A stretch of 64,000 nt of DNA from an uncultured Erysipelotrichaceae bacterium. Lineage in GTDB: Bacteria; Bacillota_I; Bacilli_A; Erysipelotrichales; Erysipelotrichaceae. This document shows positions 55,826 to 64,000 of this stretch, piece after piece (the first letter of the stretch is position 1; each line of letters starts with the position of its first letter). The notes below the pieces were generated by a model, which made no database searches, was not told the origin of the DNA, and worked only from the letters and a program-made list of their open reading frames with translations. Location: assembly GCA_902786245.1 (NCBI GenBank), contig CADABS010000004.1, positions 6,327 through 70,326 of the forward strand, given 5' to 3'. Position numbers and translations under genes: made by a program.

Positions 55826-57127
55826 TTATTCAGCTGCCGGTTCTTCCGGTTTTACATAGCCTTCCGCCTTTTCACGGATCAGCTCGAATGCCTTCTGGTT
55901 CGTGATATCGGCACGTACCATATCAGCACTCAGGTAGTTCTTGACCTGATCGAGTTCCATACCGTACATCTCGGCGATATTGGCATATTCCTTTTCGAGA
56001 TCCTCATCGGACGGAATCAGATTCTCCGCTTTGGCAACTGCCTTGAGGCCCAGGCGCATGCGCAGCTGCTTCTCGGCTGTCTCGCGGAAGGATTCCTTGA
56101 ACTGGTCGGCAGTCTGTCCCATCATCTGCAGATACTGGGTCAGGGAGATGCCATACTGCTGCATCTGCGAAACCTGCTGCTGCAGAAGCTGCTGCTGTTC
56201 ATCCTCGATCATCGCATCCGGAATCTCTACTTCTACTTTTTCAATGAACTGTTCAGACAGATCGTTGTCTGCGTTTGTTCTTGCTTCGTTCTTTCTGGAA
56301 TTCTCCAGCCGTGTTCTGACGTTTGCCTTCAGTTCGTCCAGGGTGCTGACATTGGGCATGTTCAGATCTTCCGCAAACTCATCGTTGAGTTCCGGCAGAA
56401 CCTTTGCCTGTACCTTGTTTACATGAACCTTGAATACAACTTCCGCTCCGGCCAGATCCGCGGAATGATAGTCTTCCGGGAATGTCAGAGGCAGATCCTT
56501 GTCATCGCCTTCCTTTACACCGACCAGACCGTCTTCGAAGCCCGGGATGAAGGAACCCGATCCGAGAACCAGATCATAGCCTTCTGCCTTGCCGCCTTCG
56601 AACGGTGTGCCGTCCTTGAAGCCTTCATAGTCGATATTGACGGTGTCGCCGTTTTCCGCCGGTGTATCCTTGACGACATTCTCGGCATAGCGGGCGCGCA
56701 TGGATTCAAGATCCTTTTCAACATCTTCATCGGTAACTTCCGTAACCGCCAGGTTATACTTCAGTCCTGTATATCCTTCAACCTTCGCTTCCGGTTCGAC
56801 CGGGAATGTGAACTTGATCTCTGCCTTTGTATCGTCGACGGAAACGATATCGACTTCCGCCTGCGCTACCGGTTCGAGATTCAGTTCCTTCAGACCTTCA
56901 CGGAACCATTCGTTCAGATTTTCGTTGATTGCTTCATTGTACTTCTCGCCGGCAGAGATGTTCTTCTCGAGAATGCTGCGGGGTGCCTTGCCCTTGCGGA
57001 AACCCGGGATCGAGATCTTGGCAGCGATTTTGCTGAATGCTTTCTTCTGTGCCTTTTCCCATTTTTCACCATCGACGGTGACGATCATATCACCGGTGGA
57101 TTTTTCTTTCAGTGTCCAGTTTGCCAT
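55826..57127 (-). CDS. tig: Trigger factor
   Basis: IPGFRKGKAP signature, FKBP domain FEGGKAEG...FIPGFE, FPEDYH. Confidence 0.96.
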   Translation of the reverse strand: MANWTLKEKSTGDMIVTVDGEKWEKAQKKAFSKIAAKISIPGFRKGKAPRSILEKNISAGEKYNEAINENLNEWFREGLKELNLEPVAQAEVDIVSVDDTKAEIKFTFPVEPEAKVEGYTGLKYNLAVTEVTDEDVEKDLESMRARYAENVVKDTPAENGDTVNIDYEGFKDGTPFEGGKAEGYDLVLGSGSFIPGFEDGLVGVKEGDDKDLPLTFPEDYHSADLAGAEVVFKVHVNKVQAKVLPELNDEFAEDLNMPNVSTLDELKANVRTRLENSRKNEARTNADNDLSEQFIEKVEVEIPDAMIEDEQQQLLQQQVSQMQQYGISLTQYLQMMGQTADQFKESFRETAEKQLRMRLGLKAVAKAENLIPSDEDLEKEYANIAEMYGMELDQVKNYLSADMVRADITNQKAFELIREKAEGYVKPEEPAAE

Positions 57128-57201
57128 AACATTAAGCTCCTTCTTTATGAATTATGCCGCCATATTATAACAAAGAACATCATAATAGACCAGCATAGTT
57201 T

Positions 57202-57228
57202 TTAGCACTCAGGCCATTAGCCTGCTAA
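57202..57228. promoter_or_regulatory. CIRCE element (HrcA operator), proximal copy
   Basis: TTAGCACTC-AGGCCATTA-GCCTGCTAA versus consensus TTAGCACTC-N9-GAGTGCTAA (2 mismatches). Confidence 0.8.
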
Positions 57229-57245
57229 TATCCTACTGCGATTGT

Positions 57246-57272
57246 TTAGCACTGTCAACAATAAAGTGCTAA
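57246..57272. promoter_or_regulatory. CIRCE element (HrcA operator), distal copy containing the tig -35 box
   Basis: TTAGCACTG-TCAACAATA-AAGTGCTAA (2 mismatches); minus-strand TTGACA 57258-57253, 17 bp before TAGGAT 57235-57230. Confidence 0.85.
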
Positions 57273-57279
57273 ACATTCT

Positions 57280-57975
57280 TCACGAACGTTTCCGTTTCGC
57301 TGTGTTTTCCATGAGCGAGGCATACAGCTCGCCTTCATCCATGAGCGATGAGACCTTTTCCAGCATCTCCCTCGCCAGTTCCTGTGCCTCGGCGCTTTCA
57401 TAGGTCAGCGGCAGAAACATATAGGCTTCATGGATCAGCAGCGTTCTGGCCATGGAATAGTAATCGGGATGATCGTTTTCCAGCCAGTCCTTCAGATACC
57501 GGTCGGCTTCCAGAAATCCCTGCGACTCCGCGACCGGGGTCAGGGAATCACCCCAGAAGGTATATTCCACATCGTCCTTGATATAGGTGAATTCATCTCT
57601 GATCTGCTGTTCGGCAATGACTTCCAGGATCATCGCGGCGGCTTCCGGACAGGGATCTGAAACAAGATATTCCCGGATCTCTTCCGTGCATTCGCGCAGA
57701 TTCCGGGATGCCAGTCGGGATGCGGCGGCCAGCTGAGATGCATCATTCCCCTTCAGCATCCTTAAAATCTTCTCCAGCGGCCACTCAGAGGATTCTTTCT
57801 TTTCACTGATCCGGTATGCCAGTTCGCGCTTCATGGCCAGCAGCTTTTCTTCGATATCGGCCGGCACATACGGCATCTTCAGTTCTTTTTCGATCTGAAA
57901 GAGCGCGTTCTGCAGTTCTCCCGCTTCCGTCATTCTGCTGATTTCTTCCAGCAGTTCATCGTAATATCCGCTCAT
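57280..57975 (-). CDS. DUF3196-like protein
   Basis: YYDELLEEI...IEKELKMPYVP..IE resembles DUF3196; sits between tRNA-Arg and tig. Confidence 0.55.
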   Translation of the reverse strand: MSGYYDELLEEISRMTEAGELQNALFQIEKELKMPYVPADIEEKLLAMKRELAYRISEKKESSEWPLEKILRMLKGNDASQLAAASRLASRNLRECTEEIREYLVSDPCPEAAAMILEVIAEQQIRDEFTYIKDDVEYTFWGDSLTPVAESQGFLEADRYLKDWLENDHPDYYSMARTLLIHEAYMFLPLTYESAEAQELAREMLEKVSSLMDEGELYASLMENTAKRKRS

Positions 57976-57993
57976 AATGAACCTCACAGATAC

Positions 57994-58018
57994 AATAAAA
58001 GCTGCTTGCAGGCAGCTT
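57994..58018 (-). terminator. tRNA terminator
   Basis: AAGCTGC / GCAGCTT stem plus TTATT on the minus strand. Confidence 0.65.
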
Positions 58019-58030
58019 CATTCTTCAAGA

Positions 58031-58107
58031 TGGCGTCGTCGTTGGGACTCGAACCCAAGACCGTCCGCTTAGAAGGCGGAAGCTCTATCCAGCTGAGCTA
58101 CGACGAC
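58031..58107 (-). tRNA. tRNA-Arg (anticodon UCU), CCA encoded
   Basis: GTCGTCG acceptor stem, TCCGC-CTTCTAA-GCGGA anticodon arm, TTGGG-TTCGAGT-CCCAA T arm, 3' GCCA; 77 nt. Confidence 0.97.
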
Positions 58108-58117
58108 ACGTAGGAAT

Positions 58118-58146
58118 AATATACCAAAACAGGAAAAAGATTTCAA
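58118..58146 (-). promoter_or_regulatory. SigA promoter of tRNA-Arg
   Basis: TTGAAA (58146-58141) -17 bp- TATATT (58123-58118). Confidence 0.7.
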
Positions 58147-58631
58147 CCCCGATTTGTTTTCTTCGGTTCATATGTCATTTTCTGCACATCGATGTTCTCT
58201 CCGTCCAGGGTCATGATCATATAGCTGGCCGGCGAACCGTCCCGGTTATGCCAGATCGATCCCGGATTCAGCATCCGTATGCCGTCCTCAACAGAATCAT
58301 GATAGATATGGGTATGGCCGAAACAGACGATATCGCAGCCAAGCGCGGAAGCCTTGCCGCACAGCGCATCGAAACTGCGCCAGAACAGATCGCGGTGGCC
58401 GTGCACGACCAGGATCCTGTGCATGCCGATTTCCAGCACCAGCTGCTGGGGAAATTCATTATAAAAATCATTGTTCCCCTGCACGGCCGCAAATCCGCCC
58501 AGCATATACTTCGGCAGTTCGATATCGCCGCAATGGATGAAATAATCCGCATCAGGATACGTCTTTTTCAGATATTCCAGCCCGTCTGAACGGCCGTGGC
58601 TGTCGCTGCATATGATTACCCGGATTGCCAT
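58143..58631 (-). CDS. YfcE/YsnB family metallophosphoesterase
   Basis: SDSHG, HCGD, VQGNND, VHGH, FGHTH, NPGS motifs. Confidence 0.92.
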   Translation of the reverse strand: MAIRVIICSDSHGRSDGLEYLKKTYPDADYFIHCGDIELPKYMLGGFAAVQGNNDFYNEFPQQLVLEIGMHRILVVHGHRDLFWRSFDALCGKASALGCDIVCFGHTHIYHDSVEDGIRMLNPGSIWHNRDGSPASYMIMTLDGENIDVQKMTYEPKKTNRG

Positions 58632-58828
58632 GGCTGTATTATAGCAGTTAAAAATGAGGAAATGTCCACTGTCTGTGACACCGTATTTTCATTGTCACAA
58701 TACACCATTGTCCATCTGTATAGATGCATATATCCGCACAGGACCGTTCCCATCCGCATGTATCCTGCGAATAATTCCGTCATTTCCGGCCGTTTATGAT
58801 ATGATGGATACAGTAAAGAGGTAATTCT

Positions 58829-59215
58829 ATGCCGAGTCTGAACCTGTATCCCTATAATTATTATGTGCTGTATGCAGCCCTTGTTCTGCTTCTGCTGTTT
58901 CTGATCCTGACGGCCGTGAAACTGCTGAATACCGTCAAATCGCTCAATGAAATGAAACCGGGGATCGAACATCTGCAGAAGAACCTGCAGATGATGCAGA
59001 TCAAGACCGATGTCATCAAGGAAAAGCAGGCAGCCGACGCCAAGCGCAATGCCCTGATCCTCAAAGCCCTGCCGATCCTGCTGGCAGTTCAGGCGGTATA
59101 TAAGAGTTCTGACAGCTACAGCGGTGTCAAAGGCTATGTCAATGCAGCCCAGAAGGTATTCAATGACCGCAATGCCGAACAGAAGCTGATCGCGAAAATC
59201 AAAAAAGCGTTATAA
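58829..59215 (+). CDS. Hypothetical protein with N-terminal TM helix and coiled coil
   Basis: RBS AAAGAGG; hydrophobic YVLYAALVLLLLFLILTAV; followed by a terminator. Confidence 0.7.
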   Translation: MPSLNLYPYNYYVLYAALVLLLLFLILTAVKLLNTVKSLNEMKPGIEHLQKNLQMMQIKTDVIKEKQAADAKRNALILKALPILLAVQAVYKSSDSYSGVKGYVNAAQKVFNDRNAEQKLIAKIKKAL

Positions 59216-59245
59216 AAACGATGGCCTAAGCAAGGTCATCGTTTT
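59215..59245. terminator. Bidirectional terminator (hypothetical gene / uvrC)
   Basis: AAAACGATGGCCT-AAGCA-AGGTCATCGTTTT. Confidence 0.7.
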
Positions 59246-61010
59246 CTTCTGCATGCAGTGCCGCATAGACATTGTGTGCCGTCTCCGCCGGCACGACCGC
59301 CGCGATTTCTTCTTCCTTTGCCTCCTTCAGTTTCGTAAAACTGCCGAAGGTTTTGAGAAGAAGTTTTTTCCGTTTCGGACCGATGCCTTCGATCTCATCG
59401 AGGATCGACTTGGTCTGGGCCTTTGCCCGCAGCTTGCGGTGATAGGAAATCGCCGTGCGGTGGACTTCATCCTGCATTCTCGTCAGCAGGAAGAACAGTC
59501 CGGAATCCTTGTCGATATCGAAGATCTCCCCGTCCGTATCCATCAGCGCCCGGGTATTATGGTGATCATCCTTGACCAGACCCATGATTTTGATCGTATC
59601 CGTCAGATCCAGGGCGGAAAGGATTTCCTTTGCGGCTTCGATCTGCGTCCAGCCGCCGTCCACGAGAATGCCGTCCGGCATTCTGCCCTGTTCATTGAGC
59701 AGCCGGAAATACCGCCGGTACAATACTTCCTTCATCGAGTCGACATCGCTGTTGCCGGTATGAAGCCGGTACAGCCGGTAGCTCTTTTTATCCGGCACAC
59801 CGTCTTCGTAGACGACACAGGAAGCGACGGTAAACGTACCGCTGGTATGCGAGTTGTCGAACAGTTCCACCCTGCGCATCTCTCTGCCGGCGAGCTGTCC
59901 GAGCTGCTCGACTGCCTGGCGGGTGACAGATTCCTGCCGCTCCACCGACTGAAACTTCAGATCCAGCTGTTTCTTTGCATTATCCGCGCACATCTCCACC
60001 AGCTGCCGTTTATATCCCCTCTGGGGCTGAAACAGCGGCATATCCAGAAGCTGTCCGAGCGCTTCTGTCTCGGTATCCATCGGCAGGACCAGTTCCCGGG
60101 CAGCCGGATGTTCCTGGTAATACTGGACCAGGAAGGACTGGAATTCTTCCTGCGGGTCGCCATAGAGAGGCCGCAGCCGGAATTCTTTGTTCAGGATGAT
60201 GCCCCTTCTGACCAGGAAGCCGGTAATAGCCATATAGCCCCGCTCGGCAACCCAGGCAAAGACATCCCGGGATCCCCGGTTGTCCTTTTCGATATTCTGC
60301 CTGTCACCCGTAATCGTACGGATGCTTTCCAGCATCTCCTTGTATTCCTGGGCTTTTTCAAATTCCAGTTTTTCGCTGGCCGCCATCATCTTTTCTCTCA
60401 GATCATCTTCGACCGCTTTCGTATCGCCGTTCATGAACTTCGTCACCGCATCCGCCATTTCCGTATAGACAGAGGGATCGGTATCATTGACGCACGGTGC
60501 CAGGCACTGATGCATATGGTAATAGAGACAGACCTTGTCATGCATCTGGGTACAGCGCCTGAACGGATACAGATTCTGCAGTACCTTCAGCGTACTGCGG
60601 GCTGCCGAAGCATCCGGAAACGGGCCGAAATAGCGGGCTGCCTTATCCTTCTTCGTATCCCGGGCAATGGAAAGACGGGGATATTTTTCCCTGGTCAGCT
60701 TGATATAGGGATAGCTTGAGTCATCGATGAACTGAATATTGTATTTGGGCCGGTATTTCTTGATCAGATTGATTTCCAGGACCAGTGCTTCTTTCTCTGT
60801 CCTTGTGACGATGAAATCGAAGTCTTCGATATTGGAAACCATCTTCGTCGTCTTGAAATCATGGGCACCGGTAAAATACTGATTGACCCGGCTGTGCAGA
60901 TCCTTTGCCTTGCCGACATAGATGATCTCGCCGTATTTATCCTTCATCTGATAGCTGCCCGGTTCATGGGGCAGATTCGTCAGTTTTGATTTTATATATT
61001 CTTTATCCAT
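59226..61010 (-). CDS. uvrC: Excinuclease ABC subunit C
   Basis: GIY-YIG (IIYVGKAKDL, YPYIKLT), FDNSH, DGG, RMQDEVHR, HhH IEGIGPKR. Confidence 0.96.
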   Translation of the reverse strand: MDKEYIKSKLTNLPHEPGSYQMKDKYGEIIYVGKAKDLHSRVNQYFTGAHDFKTTKMVSNIEDFDFIVTRTEKEALVLEINLIKKYRPKYNIQFIDDSSYPYIKLTREKYPRLSIARDTKKDKAARYFGPFPDASAARSTLKVLQNLYPFRRCTQMHDKVCLYYHMHQCLAPCVNDTDPSVYTEMADAVTKFMNGDTKAVEDDLREKMMAASEKLEFEKAQEYKEMLESIRTITGDRQNIEKDNRGSRDVFAWVAERGYMAITGFLVRRGIILNKEFRLRPLYGDPQEEFQSFLVQYYQEHPAARELVLPMDTETEALGQLLDMPLFQPQRGYKRQLVEMCADNAKKQLDLKFQSVERQESVTRQAVEQLGQLAGREMRRVELFDNSHTSGTFTVASCVVYEDGVPDKKSYRLYRLHTGNSDVDSMKEVLYRRYFRLLNEQGRMPDGILVDGGWTQIEAAKEILSALDLTDTIKIMGLVKDDHHNTRALMDTDGEIFDIDKDSGLFFLLTRMQDEVHRTAISYHRKLRAKAQTKSILDEIEGIGPKRKKLLLKTFGSFTKLKEAKEEEIAAVVPAETAHNVYAALHAEENDDLA

Positions 61011-61012
61011 AT

Positions 61013-63343
61013 CTATTTCATCACGACTACGGTCGCTCCGGTACCGCCTTCTCCGGGCATGCCGAGCCGGAATTCCTCTACGTTTTTATCGCTGCGCAGC
61101 TTTGCATGCACCGCATTGCGCAGCCTGCCGGTTCCGTCTCCGTGGATGATCCGGAACGTCTTGAGATGATGGACCTTTGCCCGGTCCATATAATCCGCCA
61201 TCGCATCCATGGCCTCATCCACCCGCATGCCGATCAGGTTGCATTCCGAAGGCATCGAAGAAAACAGCCCTCCTCCCGAGATATGCACCGTTGTCTGCGG
61301 CTTCTCCTTGAGCTTCGGAATGATATGGGTGCTGGGCCGTACCTGCGACCGCTTGACCCGGATTTCCCTGCCGTTCATCAGGATGCGCAGTTCTTTCCGG
61401 CTGACTTCCAGTACTTCGCATACCTGGGTGCTGCCCCGCAGTTCGACCGCATCGCCGGGTCTGTAATCGCGTTCGCCCTCTTCTTCCTCTGTCTCCTCCT
61501 GTACAGGCTGGCTGTGCAGGGCATTGAGCTGATGGGAAAGATCGATCGCTTCATGGTATTTGACTTCCTTCTGGCGCGAACGCAGCTGCTTGAGAATATC
61601 ATCGGCTTCGCTGCGCACCTGTTCCAGATATGCGGACGCTTCCTTTTCGGCATTCTGACGCCAGTCGTCTTTTTCTTTTTCAAACTTTGCCCGTTCGATA
61701 CGGAGTCTCTCGGCTTCGGCTTTGTTCTTTTCGATTTCCTGCTTCAGTTTCTCATTGTTGGAAACCGCCTCATTCAGCTGTGCATCCAGCCGTTCGATCA
61801 GTACATCTTCCTGCGATTTTGTCTGATCCTTGAGAAATCTGGCATATTTGATCAGTGACGAAGGCAGTCCATACCGCTGGGCTACTTCAAAGGCATTCGA
61901 GGAACCGCTGATGCCCTGGACAAATCTGTACGTCGGCATCAGTTTTTCCATATCAAAGGCAACACTGGCGATCTGAATATCCTCATGGCGCTTGCCGTAT
62001 GCCTTGAGCCTTCCGTAATGGGTCGTCGCCACCGTCATACATTTTCTCTGGCGGAGTTCATTGAGAATGGAAATCGCAAGTGCTTCTCCTTCCCGGGGAT
62101 CGGTGCCGCTGCCGACTTCATCAAGCAGGACCAGACTGTCGCCGGTGGCGCTGCGCATGACCTCTGCCTGTTTCTGAATATGGGCGCTGAAAGAAGACAG
62201 CGATTCGCTGACCGACTGATCATCGCCGATATCGACATAGATATGATCGAAGAACGGGATGACGGCACTCTCCGCCGTGACCGGCATGCCGATATATGTC
62301 ATCATCGTAAACAGACCGATGATCTTCATCGAAACGGTCTTGCCGCCGGTATTCGGACCGGTGATCAGCAGGATCCGCCGGGGATCGGCGATTTCATATG
62401 TATTGGCAACGACCTTTTTGGGATCGATGAGCGGATGGCGTGCTTTGATAATGGAAAGCCGTTTCTCTTCGCACAGCTGTGCCGCTGCCGCATCCCGGGC
62501 ATGGCCCCATTGGGCCTTGGCAAAGATCGTATCGAGGATCGTGCATGTTTCAAGATTTGCCAGTTCTTCCAGGGCTATAGCCTGGACTTCCTGCGAGCAC
62601 ATCGTCAGGATCTTTTCGATCTCGATCCGTTCCTGTTCAATGAGTTCCTGCTTGCGGTTGTTCGGTCCGACCAGCGAAGCAGGTTCGATATAGGATGTCT
62701 GACCGCTGGCACTGTCGCCGTACAGCATGCCCCCGAATGCATTCTTATCCGATGCCCGTACCAGGACAACGGCTCTGCCGGCCCGGTAGGTGACGATCGA
62801 ATCCACCACCGAATCCGGATGCGCCGCCAGAAATCTCTGGGCCGCTGATGCGATCTCCTGGTCTGCCTTCTTGAGACCAAGACGGATCGAGCGCAGCTCC
62901 GGTGTGGCATTGTCGAGGATCTCTCCGTAATCATCAAAGCACTGCGACAGGATCTTTTCCGTCTTTGTATGGACACTCAGGGTATCGCAGAGATCATGGA
63001 TGCAGGGATGCTCGATATCCCGCAGTTCTTTTTCATAAGCAGAGACGGAGCGTACACCCTGAATGAAATGAATTTCCTGTACAAGTTCCTGGGCACTGAG
63101 CACTCTGCCTCTTTTGGCACTCTCCAGCATGCCGGAAATATCCCGGATCCCGTGAAACGGCATCGTACCGTAGTGCGTTACCGCCTGCAGCGCCTCCGTG
63201 ATCCTGGCGTTATTGCGGCGGATGATCAGCGGATCATAGCTGACTTCTTCTTCCGCAATGCGCTGGGCGCTCAGCGAAAAAGAGCAGTATGTCTGTACCT
63301 GCCCGAGGATCTGATCCAGTTCAAGACTTTTTTCATTCTGCAT
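61013..63343 (-). CDS. mutS2: Endonuclease MutS2
   Basis: ITGPNTGGKT, QSLSSFSAH, LLDEVGSGTDP, TTHY, C-terminal Smr IIHGDGTG. Confidence 0.95.
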   Translation of the reverse strand: MQNEKSLELDQILGQVQTYCSFSLSAQRIAEEEVSYDPLIIRRNNARITEALQAVTHYGTMPFHGIRDISGMLESAKRGRVLSAQELVQEIHFIQGVRSVSAYEKELRDIEHPCIHDLCDTLSVHTKTEKILSQCFDDYGEILDNATPELRSIRLGLKKADQEIASAAQRFLAAHPDSVVDSIVTYRAGRAVVLVRASDKNAFGGMLYGDSASGQTSYIEPASLVGPNNRKQELIEQERIEIEKILTMCSQEVQAIALEELANLETCTILDTIFAKAQWGHARDAAAAQLCEEKRLSIIKARHPLIDPKKVVANTYEIADPRRILLITGPNTGGKTVSMKIIGLFTMMTYIGMPVTAESAVIPFFDHIYVDIGDDQSVSESLSSFSAHIQKQAEVMRSATGDSLVLLDEVGSGTDPREGEALAISILNELRQRKCMTVATTHYGRLKAYGKRHEDIQIASVAFDMEKLMPTYRFVQGISGSSNAFEVAQRYGLPSSLIKYARFLKDQTKSQEDVLIERLDAQLNEAVSNNEKLKQEIEKNKAEAERLRIERAKFEKEKDDWRQNAEKEASAYLEQVRSEADDILKQLRSRQKEVKYHEAIDLSHQLNALHSQPVQEETEEEEGERDYRPGDAVELRGSTQVCEVLEVSRKELRILMNGREIRVKRSQVRPSTHIIPKLKEKPQTTVHISGGGLFSSMPSECNLIGMRVDEAMDAMADYMDRAKVHHLKTFRIIHGDGTGRLRNAVHAKLRSDKNVEEFRLGMPGEGGTGATVVVMK

Positions 63344-63998
63344 TTTCTGCTGTTCCCTCAGTTCCGTATCCGTGTTCGATCAGCCACTGTTCCAGCGCAT
63401 CCAGTTCCGTTTCCGTAAACTCTTCCGCATGGCTGTATAATTCCGCAACCTGCTTTGACTGCAGCAGCGGCATGCCGTATGTGTTCAGTACATGCATGCT
63501 CATATCCCGTACCGGTCCGGCAATCGTCGCATCGACCGCTTCCGCACCGCCGGCAAATACCGGCATATTCAGGATCAGGGTGCAGATGACGATGGTGATG
63601 CATCCCTCTGCCAGTCCCATCAGACCGCCTGCCATGGCACTCAGTTCATGAATGACCGGAACTTTCTGCAGTCCCTTGGTCGCATGGGAAATGATCATGA
63701 AGAGCAGCCGGAAAAAGATATACAGCACGACCACCCAGCAGATGCGGTTGAGAAACTGCACCGCCGAAGCAGACAGTGCCGGAGCATTTTCCGGGATCCA
63801 TTTTTCCGGCCAAAGCATGATATAGCGGCTCAGTACTTCTGACAGCAGCCAGCTGCCCAGCAGGGATACTGCCGTACCGATCAGTCCGACCGCTTCATGC
63901 AGGAATCCTTTTTTCCATCCCATGACCGCGGACAGGATCAGTACCGCCGCAGCCGCAATATTCAAAGGCATCAGCCATTCTTCTGTTACATTGATCAT
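63333..63998 (-). CDS. CvpA family membrane protein
   Basis: MGWKKGFLHEAVGL and GGLMGLAEG; 4 TM helices; upstream of mutS2 as yshB in B. subtilis. Confidence 0.75.
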   Translation of the reverse strand: MINVTEEWLMPLNIAAAAVLILSAVMGWKKGFLHEAVGLIGTAVSLLGSWLLSEVLSRYIMLWPEKWIPENAPALSASAVQFLNRICWVVVLYIFFRLLFMIISHATKGLQKVPVIHELSAMAGGLMGLAEGCITIVICTLILNMPVFAGGAEAVDATIAGPVRDMSMHVLNTYGMPLLQSKQVAELYSHAEEFTETELDALEQWLIEHGYGTEGTAENAE

Positions 63999-64000
63999 AT

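Noticed and set aside
58031-58107. tRNA-Arg as the attachment site of a genomic island
   Set aside because: No integrase and no duplicated 3' end; flanks match the conserved ysnB-tRNA-tig synteny
2627-63842. Many long opposite-strand ORFs (e.g. 2627-3733, 6950-8377, 18972-20651, 34674-36251, 38987-40783, 53376-55781)
   Set aside because: Antisense shadows of well-supported genes, with no motifs or RBS

Overview
Core-chromosome window of a Firmicute, most likely Erysipelotrichaceae (inferred from a DUF3196 gene, short ThrRS, tig-lon-engB without clpX and CIRCE-controlled tig). No CRISPR array, prophage, IS or integrase-flanked island was seen. About 55 CDS and one tRNA-Arg(UCU). A dif-like Xer site (2544-2571) lies in a 590-bp AT-rich gap where gene orientation flips: 3/3 genes to the left are on +, and 48/52 CDS to the right are on -. 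The window therefore probably starts at the replication terminus, with xerD 2.2 kb away. Most genes are housekeeping (deoB, xerD, dinB, recN, dxs, ispA, xseAB, nusB, guaB, proS, cysKE, thrS with T-box, polC, rnc, recG, fakA, divIB, murBG, engB, lon, tig, uvrC, mutS2). The most interesting content: (1) a 1114-aa MscS channel fused to two duplicated TM-Cache-like-TM modules, a candidate ligand-gated channel; (2) a tetrameric NADH-linked [FeFe]-hydrogenase operon with embedded kinases, a PHP protein, DRTGG proteins and a degenerate sensory-type hydrogenase, behind a Rex-box promoter whose first gene is an ABC permease with no ATPase partner nearby; upstream are a binding lipoprotein and a TM1266 regulator behind a candidate riboswitch/attenuator, and no maturases are in the window; (3) tandem CIRCE elements before tig-lon; (4) two apparently leaderless genes; (5) a stand-alone E2-like acyltransferase with His-to-Glu at the catalytic site. 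Family assignments come from motif recognition by eye, not database searches.
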